Positions 46,501-54,730 of a DNA stretch of 64,000 bases are shown here, one piece after another. The stretch is from Opitutaceae bacterium (GTDB lineage: Bacteria; Verrucomicrobiota; Verrucomicrobiia; Opitutales; Coraliomargaritaceae), in NCBI GenBank assembly GCA_051252375.1, contig JBPOFY010000005.1, positions 149,406 to 213,405 on the forward strand, written 5' to 3'. The translations under genes were made by a program, and so were the position numbers. Numbering within the stretch: position 1 is the stretch's first letter; every line of letters begins with the position of its first letter. The notes under the pieces are model-generated. The model had not been told where the DNA came from and made no database searches. It saw only the letters and a program-made list of their open reading frames with translations.

Positions 46501-47178
46501 GATGTTGCCATTGCGATAGGCTGCCAGTGAGTCCTGTAGGGAAGGGGCAGACAGTTGGAGGTCTCCTGTGTCGAGGATGGCGGGATAATAGAGATACCAC
46601 TGGATGTGCTGGCTGGCATCGATCATGGGCACCTTGACTGGCTTCTGGTTAAGTGCAGTCGTGCTGATTTCTCCTGCTCCCATCTCAAGTGTTCCACTTG
46701 CATTACTCAGGCTTACTTGTCCGTCGAAAAGAGTCAGTTGCGTGCTTTGATCTTTAAGAATACGGACTTCAAATTCGGTGCCGCGGATAGCTGCATTCAC
46801 TGCGGGGGTGTTCACGTCAGACTCTGAGTCACGGAAGCGACTGAAGAAATACAGTGCGCCCTCCTTGAGGTGAGTGCCGGCATCGGCTTCCGGTCTTTCG
46901 GTGGGTGCCTCGGCGAGCCGCATATTTGAAAATTCACTCAGTCGTATGACGTTACCTGAAGGAAAGCGCAACGCGACCCGGCTGTATTCACCAGTTCGTA
47001 TGTGATCCCCGTAGTCGAGTCGGTCTCCCGTTTCGGTTGAGGACCATGTTTTGCCATCGTTGCTAATCTCCACTTCTTGCTCCACTGCGATGACTTCCAC
47101 CGGAAGTTCTTCCGCCTGCAGCTGCAGCAGGGGAATGAAGGCGATGGCAAACAGAATGGTTTTGGTCAGTAATGTCAT
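43558..47178 (-). CDS. FecR-domain + TPR + beta-barrel outer-membrane protein (NsrA-like)
   Basis: Signal peptide; IRTG...TPAVNAAIRGTEF (FecR); TPR helices; SPKLG and terminal YGF barrel signature. Confidence 0.85.
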   Translation of the reverse strand: MTLLTKTILFAIAFIPLLQLQAEELPVEVIAVEQEVEISNDGKTWSSTETGDRLDYGDHIRTGEYSRVALRFPSGNVIRLSEFSNMRLAEAPTERPEADAGTHLKEGALYFFSRFRDSESDVNTPAVNAAIRGTEFEVRILKDQSTQLTLFDGQVSLSNASGTLEMGAGEISTTALNQKPVKVPMIDASQHIQWYLYYPAILDTGDLQLSAPSLQDSLAAYRNGNILRALELLPTSVSGDTATQIYKANLILASGQVEATESLLQAIQHPAADALRELIATVKGSQQIPNNQPDGATAWLARSYTLQANEQLAKALEAARNATATAPNFGFAWSRLARLYFSVDDIDGMQAALQKAETLSPENAEVFTLKGFHAAAVGDMVSARLAFEQAISIAPGYADAWLGLGLVRFNQGEEAAALQDLLAAVALEPNRSILRSYLARAFDEKEQGYFPLNSNESTTKALNELKLAKALDPADPTPWLYSALVKQRANRPNEAIADLQKSIRLNDNRSLFRSSMLLDRDLASRQSNLADIYNQAGLPTQALSEAGKSVTNDYLNFSSHDFLQRAYSTRLDPTRLAQRYDTLVANELFLRNILAPVGAGIASQRVTEQEYSSFFDQTGWSGSTSASFDSRERTEFSLFSTYNSGKYAVGVELLKRDWSEHNFNDHLEEEGVLAHFKYDLTEKDRFYAMVLYNQSTQGDVRYTPNQDATSRAIRDYTIDADGRTIFSATTSSGLEIDPVYGRDPELEVRQWQEPLAFVSYAREWNQENTTLFLFGRTDLRTEIDDPLQPVLSINNSTPDPFLRTYESSLYSEQSFLLHSAEIQHIFSMDKSQFILGARYQEGDIDDEVTMKAAIVDTTPDFLLPIIVPYEIDSVGSSSGNYDFTRWSAYGYINHELDNNLTLIAGLTYEHIDFADGLLSAPRTDSRQKEGLFSPKLGFVWQLKDNLTLRGAWSRSMSGYSIEDQLRLEPSQVAGLASTYRSLVPTQVTGTMAGGTNDSFTLNLNAEFSERTFGTIEAFYGQFSGKRAFGIFEETVVAGTFPNDPGELSVGTYNQEIDYHEYSLLARLDHLLDDRTSIGTSLFVQHAVIDETIDTPALGATNPLLDDTEATLYTASIYGRYQLPEGWFLTGELQYWLQENEGLGSGLDDASMPIVNLSIGRRLQNQKGNITFSIYNLTDEDDGLNPINYFNAPPDERTFVIQFNYGF

Positions 47179-47217
47179 AACAATGTGGGTAGAGTGTCTG
47201 TTCTGCTTCAGGAAAGT

Positions 47218-49335
47218 CTATTTTTGCTGAAGCTCGAGAATGCCATCCCAGTTTTCAGAGGGAGGCGCTTGCTGGTATTTTCGGCAAAGTTCCAGCAGTG
47301 TGGTAGAGGGGTTTAATGGGATAGCCTGTCCGTCAGCGGGGCAACTTTCTAGTTCCTGCGACTTTAGGAGGATGGATTCCGCGCCAGCCCAGTCCTTGTC
47401 GAAATACAGTTTCAAGGCGGACTCATAGAGCGCCTTGCATTCGAGTTGCCCGTCAGATAATTCGTTTTCGAAGCCCATTAGCTCATAAAGCATGACCGGT
47501 TGCTTCATGCCGACCATCGTGCAGCGGTTCAATGCTCGGAAAACCAAATCGTTCGTGCCCTCCCGTATTACTGCATTGTAGGTGTGTTCGGTGACCATTA
47601 TGAGCACACCGAAATGCTTGGCTCCCGATTCGGCGCGCGAAGCTAAGTTTACTGTGTCACCAGACATACTATAATTAAAAAGTCTGTGTGAGCCCATGTT
47701 GCCGACCACGGCGCGACCTGAGTTTAGTCCGATACGTGTTTGCATTTTGGATACACTTTCCGGCCATTTTCCCGACTTGGCCCATTGGCTTCTCAGTTCC
47801 GCCTGCACTTCCTGCATGCGAACGGCCGCACGACATGCGCGGTAAGCATGGTCTTCCATCGGTAGCGGTGCGCCAAAGAAGGCCACCACAGCATCACCAA
47901 CATACTTATCAAGTGTGCCACGCTCATCTTGGAGCACATCCGTCATGGCGCCTAGATATTCATTCATCAGACGGGTCAAATCCATCGGCGAGAGCAGTTG
48001 AGAAAACTTCGAGTAGCCGACCACATCGCTGAAGAATGGGGTGATGTCTTCCTCTGTGCCGCCCAGTTGTGGATCTTCTTCTGCTTCAATGATAGACTGA
48101 ACCATGATAGGGGAGAGATAGCTCGAGAAGACTCGCTTGAGGTGATTTCTCTTACGTGCGAGGAAGTAATAATTACAAAGGTTGGAAAATAGAAAGGCGG
48201 CTGGCGTCTGGATAATTACGGGAACAACCCATGCATAGAAGATCCCTTCCGTGTGGATATACCAAACCGAGGCAATGGTGATGCCGACTGCTAGGATGAC
48301 GGAACTGATGAACGAAGCGATCGGTCCAAAAGGATTCACCACTAGGGTGAGCAGGAGTGCCGCCAAGCACACGACGGTCAAGTAGAGTTGATGGTTGCTC
48401 TCAGAGAGCCAATTACCTGAGAGGATATTGTGGACCATCGTGGCGAAGAGTTCGACGCCTGTAAATTCACCAACCGGAGCGCCTAAGTAGGGCGAACGAT
48501 AGACATCTCGACCAGCGCCCGGCATGCCGACTGAGTGACGTGCTCCGATGAAGATGTATTTTCCTGAGTAATCGATATTGTCACTTTTTAGGGCGGTCGA
48601 AAAACTCACTCCTGTAATGCTTTGTGGTGGCCCAATGTGTCGGATCCAACGTGGTGAGCTGAAGTCGTTTGCTCGCTCGGCACTTTGTGGATCGATCATC
48701 TTGGCAGCTTCCCAATAGGCAGGAGCAAAGCGTGCGTCATCGTAGACTCTGTCCATTCTACGAAGACTATTATCCATCGCATCGTGTTGCTTCAGGACGA
48801 CACCCCAGCCCGCAGCTGCTTGGCGGAAGGGTGCATACGGGGCAAATAGCTTTTCCGCGGGCTCCGCATTGTCGCTGTAGTAGTAGCGCTGGTAGCTTGC
48901 AGCCAGAATGACATGACCGTTTTCTTCCATCGCCTTGGCGAGGCGTGCGTCCGCCTCCGGGTCCGAGCTCTCTTGGTTAAAAATTAAATCGTAGCAAACT
49001 AGCTTTGGTTCGTACTGGTTGATCTTCTCAAGCAACTCGGCGTGGAGCCCGCGGTTCCAGATACGATCATAGGGCTGATTCAATTCGAAGTGCGAGTGGT
49101 CGTCGATGTAGATGATCATGAACTGATCACTGGAGTGAGCGCTCTCCTCTGGTTGGAACCAGTTTAGGATATGAAACCAGTCATGGCTTTTTCTTTCGAA
49201 GAAGTTGCTTGGTTCCATCACCAAGGCGAAAATACCGATCAGGCTGAGGAAAATAAACCCACCGAGGTATTGGAAGAGGAGTTGCCAAGTTTTCCGCTTA
49301 TGGAGGTGTAACTTCTGAGTGATTCCTGCTAACAC
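47218..49335 (-). CDS. CHASE2-domain class III adenylate cyclase (CyaK-like)
   Basis: CHASE2 (IIYIDD..W.R..HA..YDLIF; GVE), 3 TMs, FSDVVGYS, DKYVGDA, GDTVNLASR. Confidence 0.92.
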   Translation of the reverse strand: MLAGITQKLHLHKRKTWQLLFQYLGGFIFLSLIGIFALVMEPSNFFERKSHDWFHILNWFQPEESAHSSDQFMIIYIDDHSHFELNQPYDRIWNRGLHAELLEKINQYEPKLVCYDLIFNQESSDPEADARLAKAMEENGHVILAASYQRYYYSDNAEPAEKLFAPYAPFRQAAAGWGVVLKQHDAMDNSLRRMDRVYDDARFAPAYWEAAKMIDPQSAERANDFSSPRWIRHIGPPQSITGVSFSTALKSDNIDYSGKYIFIGARHSVGMPGAGRDVYRSPYLGAPVGEFTGVELFATMVHNILSGNWLSESNHQLYLTVVCLAALLLTLVVNPFGPIASFISSVILAVGITIASVWYIHTEGIFYAWVVPVIIQTPAAFLFSNLCNYYFLARKRNHLKRVFSSYLSPIMVQSIIEAEEDPQLGGTEEDITPFFSDVVGYSKFSQLLSPMDLTRLMNEYLGAMTDVLQDERGTLDKYVGDAVVAFFGAPLPMEDHAYRACRAAVRMQEVQAELRSQWAKSGKWPESVSKMQTRIGLNSGRAVVGNMGSHRLFNYSMSGDTVNLASRAESGAKHFGVLIMVTEHTYNAVIREGTNDLVFRALNRCTMVGMKQPVMLYELMGFENELSDGQLECKALYESALKLYFDKDWAGAESILLKSQELESCPADGQAIPLNPSTTLLELCRKYQQAPPSENWDGILELQQK

Positions 49336-49373
49336 GTTGTCAGGGGTTGATTGTGCGCTTGATGCGAGTCCCC

Positions 49374-50231
49374 CTATGGGGTGTAGGTCTCGATGCTTAA
49401 TCGGCCAAAAGCTTGAACGCCTAGATTAACAGTGGTCGACCAGGTATCCGTGTTGGCTGTGGAACTTTCCAACTCCATCTCTTGGTCTTGCCAGACGATC
49501 GGATCGCCAGCCAGGTTAGTCGTAGTCTGGAAAGTGTAGCAGACTTCACTTCGATCATTTGGAATAGTGATGCTCATGGTGTAGTCGCCCGTGCCAGAGT
49601 TATACGCCTCGGTCATGTTTTCTCGCGGCGAATTTGTGCTTTCTGGATCGGTGCCCATCGCGAATTCAATTAAGTTGACTGAACCGTCCGATTCCGGGTC
49701 GTCTTCCTCGTCGTCTTCGGATCCGGATAAGGTCGTTTCGGTGCTCACCCAACCCGTATAGTTCAGATAACCGGAGGGCTGGTTGAGGGTAAGCGTGTGG
49801 ATGTCTTCATACACAATGGGATCGCCGGACGGATCTTCCGGCGCACCCTCGCTGGTGGCCGCATCGATCGATACGACCCGCGGATAGATTGCGGAAGGGT
49901 AGGCATCAGAATCAAAAGTGCCGTCGGATTCGATGCTCAGACCTGGAGCAGGAAGGCTGGCTTCAATCACCTCCCAATCCACTGTGTTCATGGTGTATTC
50001 CTCTGTTAGCCCAGTGCCAGTGTTGTAGAATTCGCCTTCCAAAAAGAAATCATATGTAGCACGCACAGGCATCTCTATCGGTCCTTTCACATCGACATTA
50101 AGAAGAATGAGTTCAGAAGCCCCTGAATAGTTGCTCGGGGGTGTGGGGGCGGATCCAGCAAATACAAAGCCACTGCCCATCGCTACAATTGGAGCACTTG
50201 TGAGAAGCATTAATGTGATAATGGCTTTCAT
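49374..50231 (-). CDS. Secreted acidic protein with shared C-terminal domain
   Basis: Signal peptide; DPESDGSVNLIEFAMGTDP...FGRLSI. Confidence 0.75.
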   Translation of the reverse strand: MKAIITLMLLTSAPIVAMGSGFVFAGSAPTPPSNYSGASELILLNVDVKGPIEMPVRATYDFFLEGEFYNTGTGLTEEYTMNTVDWEVIEASLPAPGLSIESDGTFDSDAYPSAIYPRVVSIDAATSEGAPEDPSGDPIVYEDIHTLTLNQPSGYLNYTGWVSTETTLSGSEDDEEDDPESDGSVNLIEFAMGTDPESTNSPRENMTEAYNSGTGDYTMSITIPNDRSEVCYTFQTTTNLAGDPIVWQDQEMELESSTANTDTWSTTVNLGVQAFGRLSIETYTP

Positions 50232-50233
50232 GG

Positions 50234-52636
50234 CTAGGGTAGTTCGATGCAGGGGATTTCTGCAGGCAAGAGATTGCCGTTATCATTTAGATAAGCACCG
50301 AGAGAGCGGGGGAAGACTCCGTTGGGCACCCAGTTGGTATCCGCAACAAGACTATTGATTGCTATGGAGTATTTTTTGACCACCTCACCCGTGCGGAATT
50401 CTTCGTAGAGACTAATGTACTCGATTGGCTGGCGCAGTGTGACGCTGATCGTTCCACTGTTCGATAGGGACAAGATAGACCGGTCCGTGATATTCGCGAC
50501 GTTCGGAAGATCCCAATCTGGTAGGTTGGTGCCTTCAAAACGGATGAAGAGGGAGTTGGAGTCGCTGTTCGAGTTGTTGCGAACTTTGAAGTTTAGAGTC
50601 CATTCATCATCGTTGACGACGTTGAGGGACACATCCTTGAGGTAAACCAGCGTGCCAAAGTTTTGAACCAGACGTGTGAGTATAGCGTTCGCTGCGCTAA
50701 ATTCCTTACGCCATAGATTGATCGTGGTTTTGTTTTGCCCGATTTGAAAATTAAAGGGGGGCTGTGAAGGGTATTCGAGTTGCAGATCAACGCGCTCGCG
50801 GAAGAGGGTGAGGGCATTGGCTTTTGAAAATTCAATATATTTTTCCCCGGAGTTGCCGTTACTCCATATGGTGCCCGTGCTAACGGTGCTCATCGTGTCG
50901 TCCAATTCCACACCGACCAATGCTCCCGACAGGGTTTGACTATTGACCTTGAAGGAGACCACCGAGCCGTATTCTCCCACAGCAAAAACGGCGTTGGCAG
51001 AGGCAGCGCCTACGGAGGTCAGCGCATAGAGCGCTGGTGCACGATCTAGAAGACGTGTTCGGATAAATTTCTCGCCGTCTTCGGATAGGGTGCTGACACC
51101 ATTGGCGCCGATAGCCATGAGATACTTTGTGCCATTCGAATTGAGCTGAAAGAACTTGATGTCGTAAAGAGATCGCTTGGTTCCGGACACCCGTTTGGTG
51201 AACCCATCAAGCAGGTCATCCGAGGTAATTAGAACGCCGTCTTTGCCCACCGCATAGAGGGCCAAACCCGATCCAAAATTCGCTTTGCTGATGGCATAGA
51301 GATCCTTGGTTGTGGTGCTTATTGCTGGCAGCCATACTGGGAAAAGAGCCGAGGGAAGGTCAGTATACAGCACCGTGCCGCCTTCGCCTACCAATACATA
51401 GTCACCGGCAAAATAGCTGGCCCCGTAGAGTTTGCCGGAAAATAGCGTTGCAGAGCTAGACCAGTTGGAACCGTCAGCGGAGTAGAGGCATAAGCCGTTG
51501 TCTCCTACAGCGATGTATTTATACGTGGCATTTGGCAGGTAGAAGATGCCATGTATTTTCTGGTTTGCGTCTTGCGAGTCATATTCCTCGGTCCAGTTTT
51601 CTCCATCCACCGAACTGAAGATTTTGCCGTTGAGCGAGCAGGCCCAGTATTTGGCACCATCATGCATGATGCCGCATAGCTGTAGATTCACTGTGGAGTT
51701 CCCGTTCGTATCTGTCTCGGTCCAGCCGGTTCCGTCGTTGATCAGCAATTTTCCGCTTTTCGGAGAGACTGCGACCAGCCCAGTGCCTGTGCCCCAGGCG
51801 ACATCCGTCATGTCGACTGCGAAGTTGTCAGGGCTCAAATTGTTCCAGCGACGGAGTGGTTCCACTACGTTGGTCGCTTTAACCGTAACCTGCGCGGCAC
51901 CGTCCGAACCAAAAGTCCTGCGGACAGGGACGAAGACGATACCATCCTGTTCGTCGAGATTTTGTCTCTCAAAAGGGAAACTCACGATGCCGGCATCCGG
52001 CAAGACGGTCAGTGAGTTGGTTAGAAATGTGCTGAGACCGATTGGAGTATAGCTCTGAGGGTCGGTCCAGGCGAGATGACTACCGAAAGCACACATCCAT
52101 TGGTAGGGAGTGAGCGCATTCGGCAGTAGCTCCTCTTTTATTATGTGGTCAATACTTTGCCCCGGTGCGAGCTCTTTAATGACGATATGTGTAACATCGT
52201 CCAGCAAACCTCCGGGAATATTGCGCCACCAGCGCAGACCGTCTTTGTTGAACTCGATTAAGAGTAAGTGCCGGACACGTGGATTGGTGGTGAAGGGTGG
52301 GGTGATACTCTGGTAGAAATGGAGTGTCTCGCCGAAGTCCAGCGTCATGCCGAACGGAGTTAGATCGATGGCTAGCTGGTTCCCCGCGGACAAGCCACCT
52401 GCTGGGATCGTGATGGTGCCGGTCGTTCCTGAATCGTCGAAGACGCCGTCAATCCAGAAATTGTCTGTGATTTCGATGGTTTCACCAGCTGGAATGTTCT
52501 TCAGAGCCAGTAGAACGACTTCGTCTGACTGGATCCGAGTGACCGCGAAGTCCCCAGGCAATAGCTCTGCATGTAGGACTGATAACAGAAATCCATGTAG
52601 CCCTAAAAGCAGTGTTAAATATGTAGCGCGTCTCAT
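50234..52636 (-). CDS. Secreted protein with Calx-beta-like domain and BNR/Ycf48-like beta-propeller
   Basis: Signal peptide; VPVRRTFGSDG; repeated AVG.NG....S.DG.NW blades. Confidence 0.7.
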   Translation of the reverse strand: MRRATYLTLLLGLHGFLLSVLHAELLPGDFAVTRIQSDEVVLLALKNIPAGETIEITDNFWIDGVFDDSGTTGTITIPAGGLSAGNQLAIDLTPFGMTLDFGETLHFYQSITPPFTTNPRVRHLLLIEFNKDGLRWWRNIPGGLLDDVTHIVIKELAPGQSIDHIIKEELLPNALTPYQWMCAFGSHLAWTDPQSYTPIGLSTFLTNSLTVLPDAGIVSFPFERQNLDEQDGIVFVPVRRTFGSDGAAQVTVKATNVVEPLRRWNNLSPDNFAVDMTDVAWGTGTGLVAVSPKSGKLLINDGTGWTETDTNGNSTVNLQLCGIMHDGAKYWACSLNGKIFSSVDGENWTEEYDSQDANQKIHGIFYLPNATYKYIAVGDNGLCLYSADGSNWSSSATLFSGKLYGASYFAGDYVLVGEGGTVLYTDLPSALFPVWLPAISTTTKDLYAISKANFGSGLALYAVGKDGVLITSDDLLDGFTKRVSGTKRSLYDIKFFQLNSNGTKYLMAIGANGVSTLSEDGEKFIRTRLLDRAPALYALTSVGAASANAVFAVGEYGSVVSFKVNSQTLSGALVGVELDDTMSTVSTGTIWSNGNSGEKYIEFSKANALTLFRERVDLQLEYPSQPPFNFQIGQNKTTINLWRKEFSAANAILTRLVQNFGTLVYLKDVSLNVVNDDEWTLNFKVRNNSNSDSNSLFIRFEGTNLPDWDLPNVANITDRSILSLSNSGTISVTLRQPIEYISLYEEFRTGEVVKKYSIAINSLVADTNWVPNGVFPRSLGAYLNDNGNLLPAEIPCIELP

Positions 52637-52807
52637 TATTCTAACCTTCGTTAATAGGCAGTCTAATGAACTCCATTAGGGTTAAGTGCGAGTCTTTTCT
52701 GGGATAAACACCCTAGTTTGGGGGTTTTATTATTTTTTTACAATTCCATAACTGCATGAAAATAGGGCAGTTGCCTAATGACGTGGGCGTTTTATTTGGA
52801 CGATCCG

Positions 52808-52850
52808 CTTTCACCTTACCAGAGCTGCATTCTGGGCGGTTTTCGCCAGT
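52808..52850 (-). pseudogene. nrdJ 3'-end remnant E (TGENRPECSSGKVK)
   Basis: CTTTCACCTTACCAGAGC identical to 63872-63889; similarity continues to the shared CGCCAGT end. Confidence 0.75.
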
Positions 52851-52974
52851 AGGGAGTGTGGAATTCTCACAATCCGTGTTTATCTGCCCATCCGTGGTTT
52901 GAGAAACGTAAGGCAAGCTCATGGCAGGAGGGACACTGAGACATGTAGGAGCAGCTCATTCGCATGTATCCTAT

Positions 52975-53152
52975 TGTAGCCACGGCAGTCTCCTGCCGTG
53001 TTTTGTGGCAGCTGTAAAGTCTATGCTAACGATCACGTCACACCTTCGACAAGCCATGGCAGGAGAGTGACGTGGCTACATCGTATTAAATATTACGCCA
53101 CTCGATACGGCTTGTCTCTGACGAATGGCGGTCCGGGACGACCGCCGCTCCC
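52975..53152. repeat. ~180-bp composite REP-containing repeat, copy 2
   Basis: Direct repeat of 43323-43500. Confidence 0.9.
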
Positions 53153-53157
53153 ATTAC

Positions 53158-53796
53158 TCACTGCTTACGGATCGCTTGAAACTGCTGCCAGTTTTGATAA
53201 GCGAACATCCCCATGAAGAGGCTTAGGATCAATGCGTGTAGAACGAAGTATCCGACCACGCCGATTAGCACTGCCACAAAGACGCCGGTCAAGTGGACGT
53301 AGCGTTGACGTTGTGGTCCCAGAATCGCGGCCAGCATCTGCCCTCCATCCATCGGGTAGATTGGTAAGCAATTCAATATCGACCAGATAAAGCTCACCCA
53401 GACCAAAGCATTGAGCAGGGCGTTCATCAGTGAGCCCTCAGGGATCGGCAGTATTGCGATCAATAGCAGCCCCAGCAGCCCCAGAATAAATTGTATGGCT
53501 GGCCCCGCCGCGGTCACCAAGAAGGACTGCTTGCGGTCCAGTTGCCCCGCGGGGTGACTGGCAAACCCGCCAAAGGCGATCAACTGGATTTGAGTCGGTA
53601 ATCCGTAGCGTCGAATCATAGACGCATGTCCAAGCTCATGCACCAGCACCGAGATGAAACCCGCGAGGATAAACATCAGTAGCTTAAAAAATCCAAGTGA
53701 GTCGCTCACTTGTAATCCACCCCCGATCAGCGCGAGCGTGATCCAAAACCAAGGATGCACCAGCACTGGAATACCAAAAATACGAAAGGAAATCAT
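53158..53796 (-). CDS. Site-2 protease family (M50) metallopeptidase
   Basis: [20 protein letters not shown]; multi-TM. Confidence 0.9.
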   Translation of the reverse strand: MISFRIFGIPVLVHPWFWITLALIGGGLQVSDSLGFFKLLMFILAGFISVLVHELGHASMIRRYGLPTQIQLIAFGGFASHPAGQLDRKQSFLVTAAGPAIQFILGLLGLLLIAILPIPEGSLMNALLNALVWVSFIWSILNCLPIYPMDGGQMLAAILGPQRQRYVHLTGVFVAVLIGVVGYFVLHALILSLFMGMFAYQNWQQFQAIRKQ

Positions 53797-53965
53797 GTGG
53801 CGACAGTGGGAACACCGAAACGTAACGAATCAACACTAACTGGCAGTTTTTTCGAGAAGGTCACGCGTGTGAAGAGTGGGGCAGACCTCAACGTCACGGA
53901 TGACTCCATCTGCACCTGACTCCAGTCTGACCCAACAGGACATGAGCCACCTTACTGTGCCCCAT

Positions 53966-54607
53966 TCATTCAGATGGTTTCCAACGTGCATGCGGGGCGT
54001 CGTTCGTAGGAACGGTATCGACCGCTTTTTGTTTTGGGGAAGTCGCGGCTTGAACAGGCGATTGTGTGGGCGTGTTGGAGATGGGGTCCTTATCAAAAAT
54101 GAAGGGCTTGATGGTGTCTTCGGAATAGTTGGAACGGGCGGGAATTCGGATTAAGCTCACGCCCGCAGCTTCTAGGGCTTTGTTTTTAAAGGCGTCGCTT
54201 TCCTGGGCTTTGGCTGATTGGTGGCTGCGGTCGTCGAGTTCGATGCACATCAAGATTTCGAGGCTTTCCTTATCGCAGAGCACAAAATCGATATGCCGTG
54301 ATTTGATCCGGCTGCGAAAGCCGTAGGCCTCCTTTCGCTCTAGGCCGGACTTTACATTAATGATGTCTTCCATCCGGACTTTCGTGAAAATATGCCAGTG
54401 GGGACTGACGATCGGGTAGAGGACTTTAAAGAAAGCAAGCTCGCCTGCAGTTAGGATAGCCGCGCGCTGGTAGGGGAGGCTGGATGGTTTGGGTTGGTTC
54501 GCCTGACGGATCTCATCTAATAAATGAGGATGTCGAACCATCATAATCTTTCCAAAGATAGCGAGGGCTATCAACAAACCTACAAGTAGATACAATACGA
54601 TTTCCAT
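53966..54607 (-). CDS. DUF2726 domain protein
   Basis: N-terminal TM; LTAGE..F, KVRMED, HIDFVL, IELDDRSH. Confidence 0.88.
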   Translation of the reverse strand: MEIVLYLLVGLLIALAIFGKIMMVRHPHLLDEIRQANQPKPSSLPYQRAAILTAGELAFFKVLYPIVSPHWHIFTKVRMEDIINVKSGLERKEAYGFRSRIKSRHIDFVLCDKESLEILMCIELDDRSHQSAKAQESDAFKNKALEAAGVSLIRIPARSNYSEDTIKPFIFDKDPISNTPTQSPVQAATSPKQKAVDTVPTNDAPHARWKPSE

Positions 54608-54730
54608 ATTCTTATTACGTGGCTATGAGGATCTTTATATTTTGCGTTTGACCCCTTTTCCGCCTCCTGCCCCCTTTTTTCGCTCCCTTTTTCCGCCTCG
54701 GGGTAGTCTCCGCCTGTCAGTTTGTGCGGG

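Noticed and set aside
52768..52785. TSLGNC downstream of remnant E as its true end
   Set aside because: Spacing is 4 codons short and the intervening sequence is unrelated; not counted in the remnant.
52866..52880. CTC ACA ATC CGT (LTIR) as a duplicated hisD 3' end
   Set aside because: Only 12 bp and overlaps the generic ATCCGTG repeat arm; chance is sufficient.
54650..54702. Pyrimidine tract with repeated CCCTTTT(T)CCGCCTC
   Set aside because: Only two short copies and no assignable function.
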